Shown: positions 1-11,400 of the stretch, piece after piece | How the letters are laid out: every line of letters starts with the position of its first letter | How positions within the stretch are numbered: position 1 is the first letter of the stretch | Assembly (NCBI GenBank): GCA_045645045.1 | Contig: JAZRIA010000208.1 | Span: forward strand, 1 to 52,244 | Source: Bacteroidaceae bacterium | Lineage (GTDB): Bacteria; Bacteroidota; Bacteroidia; Bacteroidales; Bacteroidaceae | DNA: 52,244 nucleotides | Direction of reading: 5' to 3' | Translations under genes and position numbers: made by a program | Notes under the pieces: generated by a model | The model's database searches: none | What the model saw: only the letters and a program-made list of their open reading frames with translations | What the model was told of the DNA's origin: nothing

Positions 1-107
1 GCGCCGGTCGCCATCAAACATAGCAAGCTATGTTCATGCTGCCCCTCGACTTGCATGTGTTAAGCCTGTAGCTAGCGTTCATCCTGAGCCAGGATCAAAC
101 TCTTCAT
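1..107 (-). rRNA. rrs: 16S rRNA, 5' end only (gene continues off the left edge)
   Basis: Reverse complement of 1-107 reads ATGAAGAGTTTGATCCTGGCTCAGGATGAACGCTAGCTACAGGCTTAACACATGCAAGTCGAGGGGCAGCATGAAC... This is the universal 27F region followed by a Prevotella-like V1 sequence. Confidence 0.93.
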
Positions 108-404
108 TGTATAATTTTTCTATCAAAAAATTCTACGATGCTTCGGCACGACTCGGCAGAGCAAGCGAGCTTGTTCTGCCCTCGCTGTTTGAAGCATTGT
201 ATAATATCGATTTGACTGAATTAGTTTGGACAACCTGACTAAAGGGAATCGACAAGTTAAATAATCTTGAATTTCCACCATATATAATATATGGCGCTTG
301 TACTACAATTTCTGTCTACGAAAATCTTTCAAAGAACTCTTTCCTTTATTGCGTAGGAAAACCAACTCCGCCGGTCTGTAGGAGTTGTTCCCGTTTTGCG
401 AGTG

Positions 405-435
405 CAAAGGTACGACTTTTCCGCAAACCAGCAAA
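405..435 (-). promoter_or_regulatory. Candidate rRNA operon promoter (Bacteroidetes -33/-7 consensus)
   Basis: Minus-sense reads TTTG-N19-TACCTTTG (plus strand caaaggta at 405-412, caaa at 432-435), about 300 nt upstream of the mature 16S 5' end. Confidence 0.5.
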
Positions 436-712
436 GAAACAGAAAAGAATTTTTAAGAAAATAGCGAAGAATAGATCTAGAAAGGACATTTTTGAAAAGA
501 ATATGCAAAGCACACCTTATATATAAATACACGCGCGAGAATACCAAAACAACAATACCACGTGAACTTAATGAAGTTTTCTTAGGAGCATGATGAAAAC
601 AAACATATCTATACACAATCCGGCCTCCGCATTAGCATATGAAGCAATGCGAAGGCCGGTAATATGCTTGCTAGAAGCCTGCACGAAAAGCGTGCCAGTG
701 CTTTATTGGATA

Positions 713-1339
713 TCAACTCTCTCTCTTCTGTTCGTACTCGGCTTTTACCTCTTCGTAGAACTGTACCATTGAAGCTTGAATATAAGGTGCGAGCCAGAAG
801 TAACCTATACCAAATGTGAAGACACACAATATACCCCAACCGATAAAAGTAAGATATAGCCAAAAAAGGTCCACTTTGTGACCATTCATCATCTTCATGC
901 TAAGTTCGATGGCCTCGTTGTTCTTCATTTCGGGATTGTCACGCAGGACGAAGGGAGTCATAGCATAAGACAAACTCTTGATGATGCCGGGGATGATGAA
1001 CAACAGAGTCCAAAGGAATGTGTATACCTGCATTAACAGAATGGTGATGAAGATACGGCCAAAGTCCTTATATCCATCGAAAATACGTGAAACATTGAAA
1101 GGATCGTTCTCTCCACGCGCATTTGACAGGAAAGTGACGGTGTAGCCCCAACTCAAGGGAAGCATAAGCAGGGTTGCAACTGTGCCCAAACCTTGCTGAA
1201 CATACTCAAGTCCACCTACAAGTGCAGAGAATGCCCATGCTACGATACAGTAAACAAAGGTTAGCATGGCTGCCTCTGCCCAATGACCGCTCAGAGCAGC
1301 ACGAGCTGCCGAACGAATTTCTGATGCTGATTTAATCAT
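713..1339 (-). CDS. DUF975 family integral membrane protein
   Basis: 208-aa ORF. The N-terminus IRSAARAALSGHWAEAAMLTF is typical of DUF975, and there are several hydrophobic helices. Confidence 0.75.
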   Translation of the reverse strand: MIKSASEIRSAARAALSGHWAEAAMLTFVYCIVAWAFSALVGGLEYVQQGLGTVATLLMLPLSWGYTVTFLSNARGENDPFNVSRIFDGYKDFGRIFITILLMQVYTFLWTLLFIIPGIIKSLSYAMTPFVLRDNPEMKNNEAIELSMKMMNGHKVDLFWLYLTFIGWGILCVFTFGIGYFWLAPYIQASMVQFYEEVKAEYEQKRES

Positions 1340-1380
1340 AATGATGTATTGTTATTTGTTTGTCATTAAATACTTCAATG

Positions 1381-1412
1381 CAAAGGTAACAAATATTTCG
1401 GAAAGATACAAA
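1381..1412 (-). promoter_or_regulatory. Promoter of the DUF975 gene
   Basis: Minus-sense TTTG-N20-TACCTTTG, about 42 nt upstream of the ATG at 1339. Confidence 0.5.
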
Positions 1413-1451
1413 GGACTGACTATACTAGTCTCGTTTTCATACCAATTTATT

Positions 1452-1772
1452 TTATTCCACCCACACGGCAGTACCACTACAGGTAACCATGAGCATGGAA
1501 CCGCTTCCGCCAATGGCTTCATAATCCAGCGAGACGCTGAGCACAGCATTGGCGCCGAGAGCCTTGGCACGCTCCTCCATTTCGGCCAGAGCCTCGTTCT
1601 TGGCACGGCTGAGTACTTCTTCATAGGACTTGGCACGTCCGCCCACTATGTCGCGGATGGATGCAAAGAAATCGCGAACCATGTTCATGCCGAAAATTGT
1701 TTCTCCTGTCACTACGCCAAGATAACGTGTAACCTGCTTACCCTCAATGTTGGGTGTTGTTGTGATAATCAT
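1452..1772 (-). CDS. YbjQ/UPF0145 family protein (heavy-metal-binding-like domain)
   Basis: 106-aa [27 protein letters not shown]...[18 protein letters not shown]. This is the characteristic YbjQ sequence pattern. Confidence 0.85.
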   Translation of the reverse strand: MIITTTPNIEGKQVTRYLGVVTGETIFGMNMVRDFFASIRDIVGGRAKSYEEVLSRAKNEALAEMEERAKALGANAVLSVSLDYEAIGGSGSMLMVTCSGTAVWVE

Positions 1773-1861
1773 ATTGTTTTGTGTTTGATAATGAAATATA
1801 TTCCTATTGGCAACGCCTCACGTTGCGATGGACTTCGCCTCGTGAGACGATGCGCCTCGCC

Positions 1862-2227
1862 TCACGTTGTGTGTCTCGATGCGTCGTATTGTGTTGCGAC
1901 CTCCTTCATGGAGATACCAAGGGTGTTCATAAGGGCAAAGACTTCGGGCAACTGCTCCTTGAAGAACTCTGTACGGCGCATGGCATAAACCCTTTCGCGT
2001 GCCCCAGGCATGACAAATACGCCAAGTCCGCGACGGGAAGCCACCACCTCGTTCAGTTGCAGGTATTCAAATGTGCGGGTGACCGTATTTACGTTTACCT
2101 CCACCTCTGCCGCAAACTCGCGCACCGAGGGAAGACGCTCGTCCTCACCATACTCGCCAAGGAGTATCCTGTTGCAGATATGGTCGGCAATCTGCAGATA
2201 AATCGGTTTCTGATTCTTGAATTCCAT
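1862..2227 (-). CDS. GntR family (YtrA-like, short) transcriptional regulator
   Basis: Start taken at the internal Met (MEFKNQKPIYLQIADHI), 12 nt after the upstream stop. The winged HTH is LPSVREFAAEVEVNVNTVTRTFEYL. The gene is last in an ABC operon, as in ytrA-type systems. Confidence 0.85.
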   Translation of the reverse strand: MEFKNQKPIYLQIADHICNRILLGEYGEDERLPSVREFAAEVEVNVNTVTRTFEYLQLNEVVASRRGLGVFVMPGARERVYAMRRTEFFKEQLPEVFALMNTLGISMKEVATQYDASRHTT

Positions 2228-2238
2228 AAGCGCAGGTT

Positions 2239-3114
2239 TTAGGGGTTGCGACGGGTGGTAATCTGTGCCTTGCAATACAGGCGATAGGTACAACGCCACA
2301 TGAGGAACAAAAGACCGGCAAGAAACACATCAAGGACAAGAAGGAGATACCTGGATGGAACGTTCTCAAAGAAACTGATTATGTAGAGGAAATCTGCCGC
2401 GTCCCATAAGCAGACAGCATATGCCGATATGAGTACAATCATCAGCAACGATGCCAGGATGTAGAACAAAACGGTATAGGCAATGTTATGTCGGTACTTC
2501 CACGCATTGATAAGCGGGTATACGGATATGCTCAATAGCGAAGATAGTATTATTGCCACATAAGCACCAAGATGGAAACTCTCGTCAAAGACCATGGCTG
2601 TTGGCAAAGTCTTATAAAAATTATTGCACACCTTTGCGGTCAGGGACACGTATTCATAATCGCCAAAATTGAATATTACCGCCACAAGTATGGCATTCAA
2701 TATCTCGGCCAGTCCCACCGACATCAAGAACCACACATCCGCACCCACCAGCACCACGAAGGCATGCCACAGGAAACGTTCAATATTGGAGGCTGGCAGA
2801 GTGAGTTCTGCAATCCTGCCCTGACGGTTCCTGAGATTATGAAACATAAAACCGAGGACAACCGTTAAAGCAATGCCGGAAAAGACGGCTATGAATACAG
2901 ACATAAATTCCAAGTCAACCAAGAACGAAGAATAGGGTTTGCCCACTCCATCGGAATCCGTAGCCTTATCCAGCATCTCTATCGCATGATAAAACAGCAC
3001 CGGCAGAATAGAGCATGCCGCTATTGCCATAGCCATCTTGTTGTAAAAGGCACGGTTGATGGTTAGGTCCCAGCGTGCCACGGCACAAAAACGTCTTATA
3101 TCGAAGTTTTTCAT
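2239..3114 (-). CDS. Polytopic membrane protein, probable permease partner of the adjacent ABC ATPase
   Basis: 291-aa hydrophobic ORF. Its start overlaps the ATPase stop by 4 nt. No family was recognised. Confidence 0.6.
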   Translation of the reverse strand: MKNFDIRRFCAVARWDLTINRAFYNKMAMAIAACSILPVLFYHAIEMLDKATDSDGVGKPYSSFLVDLEFMSVFIAVFSGIALTVVLGFMFHNLRNRQGRIAELTLPASNIERFLWHAFVVLVGADVWFLMSVGLAEILNAILVAVIFNFGDYEYVSLTAKVCNNFYKTLPTAMVFDESFHLGAYVAIILSSLLSISVYPLINAWKYRHNIAYTVLFYILASLLMIVLISAYAVCLWDAADFLYIISFFENVPSRYLLLVLDVFLAGLLFLMWRCTYRLYCKAQITTRRNP

Positions 3115-3818
3115 TGTTGCAAAGAGTTATGGGTTAATGTATCAACGAACAATTTCTCCAAATTCACGGGTTCCTCATTCTCCACAAGGGACTGGTTGAG
3201 CAATACCCTGTTGCGGTCGATGATGACCACATGATCCAGCACACGCTCCACATCGTGCACCTGGTGCGTGCTCACGATGATGGTCTTCTCGGGCGACATG
3301 GCCGTTACGATAGCCTTGCGGAACTGGCTCTTGGAAAGTATGTCAAGGCCGTTGGTGGGTTCGTCCATAAATAAATAAGGTGTATTTGCCGCCAAGGCAA
3401 TGCACATGTACACCTTCTTCTTCTGTCCCATGGAAAGCGCACCGAGGTTCACGTCGGACGTCATTTCAAAACAGGCAAGGCACTTCTCCATCAGCTCCAT
3501 GCTGAATTTGGGATAAAACGGTGCAATGGCGCTAACGTAGGCAGAAAGGTGTACGGCAGGCAGGTCATACTCCTCGGGCAGGAGGAACATCTCCCTCATC
3601 AACTCAGGGTTTCTGTCCTTGCCAGACATGCCATCCACCAGCACTTCGCCCTTCTGGGCATGCAACAATCCCATAATCAGGTAAAGCAAGGTGCTCTTGC
3701 CTGTACCGTTCTTGCCAAGCAATCCATAGATATTACCTTGTTGGAAATCAAGCGAGAAGTCCTGCAACACAGGAGTCTTCTTCCCATAGGCAAAGGTAAG
3801 GTTCTCAATGGTTATCAT
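3111..3818 (-). CDS. ABC transporter ATP-binding protein
   Basis: Walker A GKNGTGKST, signature LSMGQKKK, Walker B LFMDEP. Start moved to MITIENLTF (3818) because a consensus promoter lies at 3844-3875, inside the longer ORF. Confidence 0.9.
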   Translation of the reverse strand: MITIENLTFAYGKKTPVLQDFSLDFQQGNIYGLLGKNGTGKSTLLYLIMGLLHAQKGEVLVDGMSGKDRNPELMREMFLLPEEYDLPAVHLSAYVSAIAPFYPKFSMELMEKCLACFEMTSDVNLGALSMGQKKKVYMCIALAANTPYLFMDEPTNGLDILSKSQFRKAIVTAMSPEKTIIVSTHQVHDVERVLDHVVIIDRNRVLLNQSLVENEEPVNLEKLFVDTLTHNSLQQ

Positions 3819-3843
3819 AGTGTCATAGTTTAATAGTACACTG

Positions 3844-3875
3844 CAAAGGTAAAGCAATACGGGCACATCCCCAAA
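3844..3875 (-). promoter_or_regulatory. Promoter of the ABC/GntR operon
   Basis: Minus-sense TTTG-N20-TACCTTTG. Confidence 0.55.
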
Positions 3876-3950
3876 GGAATGTGCCCGTTTAACATTATTT
3901 TAACACTCGGAGGCTTCTATGAAGCACCGAGATGCTCATTGTTATGAGTA

Positions 3951-5480
3951 TTAGCTAACCTTGTTCAGTTTCTTGATGATAGAGAAGATGAACAGAGCCG
4001 CAACCACGCAAATTACCATCAAAACACCCCAAACGATGGTCAGATCCATACCCCACAAGAAGCCTGGGATAGCAACAAGGGTGTTACCCAAAGCGGTAGA
4101 CACGAACCATGCGCCCATCATCATACCCTTGTACTTTGGAGGAGCCACCTTGCTCACGAAAGAGATACCGATGGGAGAAAGCAGCAACTCGGCAAAAGTG
4201 AGCACGAGGTATGTACCAACAAGCAGGTTGGGAGTAACATCGGCCATGTGCATGTTAGAGCCATCTGCATTGTAGTCTGGAGCAGGCAAACCGATACATC
4301 CCACAATCATCAACACATAAGCAGCTGCAGCTACGAGCATACCCAAACCAATCTTCACGGGAGCCTTGGGTTCCTTGCCCAACTTGGCCAACCATCCGAA
4401 GAAAGCAATGCTGACGGGAGTGAGCATTACCACAAAGCAAGCATTGAACTGCTGGAAGATGGGAGCGCTGATAGAAATAGACTCGGGCAACTGGGTGTAC
4501 TGCCAGTAAAGGAAAGCAGCAGCGGCGGCAATAAGGCCAAAGCCAATGCCCTTACCCTTGCCAGTCTTGCTCTGGAAGAGAGAGAAAGCACCGAATACGA
4601 TGAAGATAGCGGCAACCAGATTCCATACATTGAACATCATTGACTCAACGCCAGAAGAAGATGTAGCGGTATAGTCACGTGCAAAGAATGTAAGTGTGAG
4701 ACCATTCTGGTGGAAAGCCATCCAGAAGAATACTACCACGGCCATAACCAGACAGAGGCACACGATGCGCTCCTTTGTCTCGGCAGGAGTCAACTCATCT
4801 GCCACGGCAACTTCCTTGGCATTATCCTTTGCATCCTCCTTCTTCTTGCCGCCAATTACGTGACGGAAGGTGAACATGCCTGCATAGTACACGGCAATGG
4901 AGAAAATGAGAGAAGCACATGCTACGGCAAAAGCATAGTGATAGGAATCAGCCTCAGACACACCAAGGGTGTTCTGTGCATAATCCATCAGGCTGATAGC
5001 CGCGGTGGGAGCAAACATTGCACCAATGTTGATGGCCATGTAGAACAACTGGAAACCAGAGTCGCGCTTCTGTGCATACTTGGGTTCGTTGTAGAGGTCA
5101 CCAACCATAACCTGCAGATTACCCTTGAAAAGACCTGTTCCCAAACTGATTGCAAGCAAGGCACCAGCCATAGCAATCAAAGCCAAAGAATCCTTGCCAA
5201 GAGGCAAAGAGAGCAACACATAACCGGCAAACATGATGAAGATACCGATGGTAACCATCTTGTGATAGCCGAACTTGTCTGCCAAGATACCACCAATCAA
5301 GGGGAGGAAGTAAACCGTTCCTAAAAAGACAGAGAAAATGGAACTTGTCATCTTCTCGTCAAAACCGAAATTGGCCTGCAAGAACAGAGTGAACACCGCC
5401 AACATCGTGTAGTAACCAAAACGCTCGCCTGTGTTGGCCAAAGCAAGCGTCCAAAGACCTTTAGGTTGTCCTTCGAACAT
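3951..5480 (-). CDS. POT/PTR2 family proton-dependent oligopeptide transporter
   Basis: 509-aa MFS-like ORF with the PTR2 signature GERFGYYTM near the N-terminus. A -7 box TAACTTTG (plus strand 5562-5569) lies upstream. Confidence 0.9.
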   Translation of the reverse strand: MFEGQPKGLWTLALANTGERFGYYTMLAVFTLFLQANFGFDEKMTSSIFSVFLGTVYFLPLIGGILADKFGYHKMVTIGIFIMFAGYVLLSLPLGKDSLALIAMAGALLAISLGTGLFKGNLQVMVGDLYNEPKYAQKRDSGFQLFYMAINIGAMFAPTAAISLMDYAQNTLGVSEADSYHYAFAVACASLIFSIAVYYAGMFTFRHVIGGKKKEDAKDNAKEVAVADELTPAETKERIVCLCLVMAVVVFFWMAFHQNGLTLTFFARDYTATSSSGVESMMFNVWNLVAAIFIVFGAFSLFQSKTGKGKGIGFGLIAAAAAFLYWQYTQLPESISISAPIFQQFNACFVVMLTPVSIAFFGWLAKLGKEPKAPVKIGLGMLVAAAAYVLMIVGCIGLPAPDYNADGSNMHMADVTPNLLVGTYLVLTFAELLLSPIGISFVSKVAPPKYKGMMMGAWFVSTALGNTLVAIPGFLWGMDLTIVWGVLMVICVVAALFIFSIIKKLNKVS

Positions 5481-5693
5481 AGATAAAAGTTTTTAGTTGT
5501 TTATTATTATTTATACTTGTTTTTGCCTTGATGAATTGATTTATGTTAATAATTAGCGGGGCAAAGTTAACAAAAATAAACCAAAGATAAAACCAGTACG
5601 TTAATTATTCGTAACTTTGTAAGCGATTTATAACAATTATTACGATTTACAAAGAGTCTACGTACAACCCCAACTCGAAAAGACACAAAGATT

Positions 5694-7421
5694 ATGAAGA
5701 GTTTCGTCTTGAAGCCACGTCTGCTTGACTCGTTGAAAGGCTACAACAAGGAAAGTTTCATGAAGGACCTGATGGCCGGTATCATCGTCGGCATCGTGGC
5801 CCTGCCCCTGGCCATCGCATTCGGTATTGCCAGCGGCGTAACACCCGAAAAGGGCATCATTACCGCCATCGTGGCTGGTTTCATCATCTCCGCCCTTGGT
5901 GGCAGCAAGGTGCAGATAGGCGGTCCCACCGGCGCGTTCATTGTCATCATCTACGGCATTGTCAGTGACCCGGCCTACGGTTTGCAAGGCCTGCTAATAG
6001 CCACTATGATGGCAGGTGTGATACTCATAGCCTTAGGTGTGTTCAAACTGGGTGCCGTCATCAAGTTCATTCCCTACCCCATTATCATCGGATTCACCGC
6101 AGGTATTGCCGTAACCATCTTCACCACACAGGTTGGCGATGTCCTGGGATTGACACAACAGGCTGTATCAGAAAGCGGTGAGGCAATAACCGTTCCTTTG
6201 AAGACCCCCGGCGACTTTATCGGCAAGTGGATATGCTATGCCAAGAATATCAGCACCTTCAACCTCTGGAACTTCATTGTTGCCATAGGTTCATTGCTTG
6301 TCATCATCTTCTCTCCCATGGCATTGAAGCGTGTGCCTGTGCTGAACAAGATTCCAGGTTCATTGTATGGTATTTTAGTTGGTACACTGGCTGTACTCGT
6401 GCTCAAGAGCCAGTTCGGTATGGAAGGCATAGACACCATCGGCGACCGCTTTGACATTCAGGCACAGTTGCCCGACATGGTCGTTCCCAGTTTCACCTTT
6501 GACACATTGCAGAACCTTCTTCCCGTGGCATTCACCATAGCCATATTGGGTGCCATAGAGAGTCTGCTCAGTGCTGCTGTTGCCGACGGAGCCATTGGCG
6601 ACCGCCACGACTCCAACACCGAATTGGTGGCTCAGGGTGTGGCAAACGTGGTTACCCCCTTGTTTGGCGGTATTCCTGCCACTGGCGCCATAGCCCGCAC
6701 GATGACCAATATCAACAACGGCGGCCGCACCCCCATTGCCGGCATCATCCATGCCATAGTGCTGGTACTCATCCTGTTGGTGCTGATGCCCTATGCCAAG
6801 TTCATCCCCATGGCTACGCTGGCTGCTGTATTGCTGATTGTCAGCTACAACATGAGCGAATGGCGCACTATCAAGAGACTGATGAAGGACCCCAAGAGCG
6901 ATGTTACCGTACTGCTCGTTACCTTCTTCCTCACCGTCATCTTCGACCTCACCATTGCCATTGAGATAGGCCTGGTAATTGCGTGTGTGCTGTTCATCAA
7001 GCGTGTGATGGAGACCACCGAAATCTCCGTTATCGAAAACGAAATCCATCCCAGCGAGGACACCGACGAGCGCCTCAGCATTCCCGAGGGTTGCGCCGTA
7101 TATGAGATAAACGGTCCCTACTTCTTCGGCATTGCCAACAAGTTCGAGGAACTGGAATCCGTACTGAAGGCCGGTCACCGTCCTAAGGTGCAGATTATCC
7201 GCATGCGCCGTGTGCCCTTCATTGACTCTACTGGTATCCACAACCTCACCACCCTTGTGGAGATGAATCACGAGAAGGGTACCGAGGTGATCCTCTCGGG
7301 CATTACTCCCAAGGTACAGAAGCAGTTGCTGAAGGCCAACTTCCACAAGGTACTGGGCAGCAAGAATTTCTGCAACAACATAGACGAAGCCCTGAACAGA
7401 GCAAAGGAATTGCTGTCATAG
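5694..7421 (+). CDS. SulP family inorganic anion transporter with C-terminal STAS domain
   Basis: 575-aa ORF with a typical SulP N-terminus (KDLMAGIIVGIVALPLAIAFGIASG) and a C-terminal STAS-like region. A -7 box TAACTTTG lies at 5612-5619. Confidence 0.9.
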   Translation: MKSFVLKPRLLDSLKGYNKESFMKDLMAGIIVGIVALPLAIAFGIASGVTPEKGIITAIVAGFIISALGGSKVQIGGPTGAFIVIIYGIVSDPAYGLQGLLIATMMAGVILIALGVFKLGAVIKFIPYPIIIGFTAGIAVTIFTTQVGDVLGLTQQAVSESGEAITVPLKTPGDFIGKWICYAKNISTFNLWNFIVAIGSLLVIIFSPMALKRVPVLNKIPGSLYGILVGTLAVLVLKSQFGMEGIDTIGDRFDIQAQLPDMVVPSFTFDTLQNLLPVAFTIAILGAIESLLSAAVADGAIGDRHDSNTELVAQGVANVVTPLFGGIPATGAIARTMTNINNGGRTPIAGIIHAIVLVLILLVLMPYAKFIPMATLAAVLLIVSYNMSEWRTIKRLMKDPKSDVTVLLVTFFLTVIFDLTIAIEIGLVIACVLFIKRVMETTEISVIENEIHPSEDTDERLSIPEGCAVYEINGPYFFGIANKFEELESVLKAGHRPKVQIIRMRRVPFIDSTGIHNLTTLVEMNHEKGTEVILSGITPKVQKQLLKANFHKVLGSKNFCNNIDEALNRAKELLS

Positions 7422-7482
7422 CAATCACCCTGTCCAACATAACATTCTCACACACCATTTTTTGAAGACGGTGAATTATGCC

Positions 7483-7540
7483 ATCACTGACGCTAAAGTT
7501 TATCATCACTGACGGTAAAGCTTATCATCACTGATGACAG
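7483..7540. repeat. About 2.6 tandem copies of a 22-nt unit (ATCACTGACGSTAAAGYTTATC)
   Basis: Copies at 7483-7504, 7505-7526 and a partial one at 7527-7540. The last junction forms the palindrome TCATCAcTGATGA (7525-7537). Confidence 0.7.
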
Positions 7541-7631
7541 AACCGGATATTAAATACCTTGTACATTTTCATAATTAGGGAATGGCTGGTATCTCAATGC
7601 TTCTGGACAAACAACCAGATAAAAAACGGAG

Positions 7632-7665
7632 CAGCCTCGAAATACAAATTCGTATTTCGAGGCTG
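7632..7665. terminator. Perfect 14-bp stem-loop, possibly a bidirectional terminator
   Basis: cagcctcgaaatac / gtatttcgaggctg with a 6-nt loop. It is preceded by AAAAAA and followed by tcctttatt. Confidence 0.55.
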
Positions 7666-7815
7666 TCCTTTATTGACAAGCACGACAATGTTCTGATTCG
7701 TGTCCTCATATTTTATTGCACTTTTATGCAAAACCGGGCAAAAGAAATGCTTTTGACCGAAAAGAACAAGTGATTTGAGCATTTTGTTGTATATTTGTAC
7801 TCAAATAAAGACATC

Positions 7816-8424
7816 ATGATAGAATACTTAAGAGGTAAGTTAGCAGAACTGGAACCGACTATGGCTACAGTAGATTGCATGGGGGTAGGCTACGGAGTGA
7901 ACATTACGCTGAATACCTTCGCCTCCATCCAAGGCAAGGAAGATGTTAAGTTGTGGATCTACGAATCCATTCGTGAAGATGCGTATCAACTGTGGGGGTT
8001 CTCCTCCAAGGTTGAGCGTGAGGTGTTCCTACTCCTTATCACCGTAAGTGGCATAGGTGCCAATACGGCCCGCATGATACTATCTGCCCTGACACCAAAG
8101 GAATTGTGCAGCATCATATCCAGTGGCAATGCCAAGATGCTTACCCAGGTGAAAGGTATAGGACCCAAGGCTGCCCAGCGCATCATTGTGGATCTTGGCG
8201 ACAAGATTATGGCACTGGCAGACGACACATTGCAAGCAGGTACGCAAAGCATTGCGAAAGGAAACACAATACTTTGCAATGAGGTGGCTGACGAAGCGAC
8301 ACAAGCCCTCACTATGCTGGGTTTCAGCCCTGCACCCACAAGCAAGGTTGTACACAAGATTTTGTCTGAAGAACCGGACGCCCCAGTGGAGAAGGTCATC
8401 AAATTGGCATTAAAAATGCTTTAA
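7816..8424 (+). CDS. ruvA: Holliday junction branch migration protein RuvA
   Basis: MIEYLRGKL start. HhH motifs [11 protein letters not shown] and [14 protein letters not shown] -7 box TATATTTG at 7790-7797 excludes the longer ORF start. Confidence 0.9.
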   Translation: MIEYLRGKLAELEPTMATVDCMGVGYGVNITLNTFASIQGKEDVKLWIYESIREDAYQLWGFSSKVEREVFLLLITVSGIGANTARMILSALTPKELCSIISSGNAKMLTQVKGIGPKAAQRIIVDLGDKIMALADDTLQAGTQSIAKGNTILCNEVADEATQALTMLGFSPAPTSKVVHKILSEEPDAPVEKVIKLALKML

Positions 8425-8462
8425 GGCACAATAAACAAGGTTATTGCCTCGTTTTATATAGC

Positions 8463-11400
8463 GTGAAGAAACGGAACAGAATCATATTGCTGATGCTGGT
8501 GATGGGAATCATTTTACCTGTCACCGGATTTTTTGGACCCTCACGTATACCTTTTTTTATTACGTGTGCCTACGCGCAGGAGAATTCTGTCCAGAAGGAC
8601 GAACAGGAGAATGACACTACCCAGAAAAAGAAACCACGCTATTCCGTCCGCCGAACTTCCACAGAAACCACAGAAGACGTCAAACACCGTTCCTCCGATC
8701 TTGAAGATCCAGACAATCTGAAGACCGAGGTCAGCTACGATGAAAAAAGCGGAACATATCAGGTGGGAACAACTCTGACGAAAAGCGACGGCAAGGACAA
8801 GGACACCAAGAAGAACAAAACTACATCTCAGGCCACCTCCAACAAGTCAACCTCCAGTGACGACAAGAATACAACTAACGTAAAATTGGGCAGTTTCCTG
8901 CCAACCAACGACAAAGGGCTAGACCTCCATACAGCAACCAGTTACCTCACACCTCCCGTGGTGATGACCACGGAAGAGTACATGAAATGGAGCCTACGCC
9001 AAAGTATTGCACAATACTACCGCCAGCGCAATCAGGAACTCTTTCTCACAAAGGGCAATAGCAAATTTGATTTCACAGACATGCGCTTCTCTCTGGGCCC
9101 TGCGGAAAAGATTTTCGGTCCCGGTGGAGTACACATCAAGACCCAGGGTTCGGCAGAACTGAAGATAGGCGGCAACATGAAGTCTACGGACAATCCCACG
9201 CTTGCTGCCAGCCGCAGAAGTTCCTTTGGCTTGGATTTTGACATGAAGATAAACATGACCGTCAATGCCAAGGTGGGCGACAAGGTGAACATGAACCTTA
9301 ACTACAACTCGGATGCCACCTTCGACTACGATGCGCAGAACCTGAAACTGAAATATGAAGGCAAGGAAGACGAGATTATAAAGCTGGTGGAAGCAGGCAA
9401 CATCTCCATGCCTTCCAACATGAGCCTTGTACCCGGTGTGAGCAGTCTGTTCGGTCTGCGCACCGACGTGCAGTTCGGCAAACTGAAGCTCCAGACTGTC
9501 TTCGGACAGAAGAAGTCGGCAAGCAAAAGCGTATCAGGTAGCGGAGGCTCCAATACCACCACTTACGAAATATCAGTTACCGATTACGAGGAGAACCGCC
9601 ACTTCTATCTGGCACACCATTTCCGCGACACTTACGACAAGAACATGCGCACCCTGCCCACCATAGCCAGCGGTGTAACTATCAAACGCATAGAGGTATG
9701 GGTAACCAACAAGACTGGAACAACAACCAACACGCGCAATATCATTGCCCTGACCGACCTTGGCGAACCGCAGAACATACGTGGCCCATGGCAGGGAACG
9801 GGAGGAACCGTACCCCATAACCGTGCCAACAACGAGTATTCTACATTGATAGGGAATCCAGGTGTGCGTGACATCAGTCAGGTGGGAAACATCTTGGATG
9901 GCGAGTTCGGTCTGCAGGGTTCATTCGACTATGACAAGTTGCAATCTGCCAGACTGCTGTCTTCCAGCGAGTATCACCTGAATGCAGAACTGGGTACTTT
10001 GACCCTGAACACCACATTGCAACCCGACGACATTCTGGCCGTGGCCTACGAATACACCTATGGGGCACAGACATATCAGGTGGGAGAATTTTCCAGCGAC
10101 CTGACAAGCACCGACCAGGCCCTGTTCCTGAAGATGCTGAAGGGTAGTACAAACAGCCCTTCACTTCCCACTTGGAAACTGATGATGCGCAACATCTATC
10201 CTCTTGGTGCCAACACCCTGCAGAAAGAGAAGTTCCGTCTGGACATCAAATACCAGTCGGACTCCAGTGGCGTGTATCTCAATTACCTGCCAGAAGATAC
10301 CCTAAAGGGGACCATCCTGCTCCGTGCCATGAACCTGGACCGACTGGATGCCAACAACAAACCGCACCCCAACGGACAGTTCGACTTTATCGACGGATAT
10401 ACTGTATACAAGGGTCGCATAATCTTCCCTGTAGCAGAACCCTTTGGCCAACATTTACGCCAATGGATTGAGGCACGTGGAGGCAAGGCGATGGCAGACA
10501 AATATGTATTCCAGGAACTCTACGATACCACCAAGACAGCCGCAAAACAGATGGCTGAAAAGAACAAGTTCCTACTTACCGGACAATATAAGGGTTCGGC
10601 TGCCAACGAAATAGACCTAGGTGCGTACAACATCGCTCCTGGCTCGGTGGTCGTCACAGCAGGTGGCGTTACTCTGGTGGAGAATACCGACTACATTGTA
10701 GATTACAACAACGGTCGTGTCACCATAATAAACCAAAGTATCATTGATGCCGGTACTCCAATCAATGCTTCGGTGGAGAGTAATGACACATACGGAATGC
10801 AACGTAAAACCTTCGTTGGTCTTAATGCCGACTATCAGGTCAACAAGAATCTTGTCATCGGTGGTACTTTCCAATACCTTAGCGAGCAGCCTTTGACAAC
10901 CAAAGTGAGCATGGGCAATGAAGCCCTGAACAACATCCTTTGGGGCATGCACGTTTCATGGAAACACAAGGCACAATGGCTTACCAACTGGATTGATGCC
11001 ATACCATTCGTTGAGGCCACTCAACCTAGCAATATCAGCTTTGATGCACAGGTAGCCCAACTTGTTGCCGGTCAGAGCGGCACAGCACAAGGCGGTGCTT
11101 CATATCTAGACGATTTCGAGGACACAAAACGCAAGACATCGCTTATCCAACCCACTTATTGGCAAATAGCCTCAGTACCCAGCATATCAAGAAACAGTAA
11201 TCTTGCAGGACACTTTGCCGAGAGCCGGCTGACCAATGATGTTTCCTATGGTTACAACCGTGCCCTGCTTGCATGGTATTGTGTGGACCCCATCTTCACG
11301 AACAGAAGTTCTACTCTTACCCCAAGCCATATCAAGAGCGACCTGAACCAGTTGTCCAACCACTACGTTCGTGCTATCTACGAACTGGAACTGTACCCCA

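Noticed and set aside
329-616. 95-aa ORF in the region upstream of the 16S rRNA
   Set aside because: It lies in the rRNA leader/promoter region and spans a consensus promoter. Its composition is not protein-like.
7483-7540. CRISPR array (also considered for 40799-40872)
   Set aside because: The repeats are directly tandem with no spacers. There are only about 3 copies, and no cas genes are present in the window.
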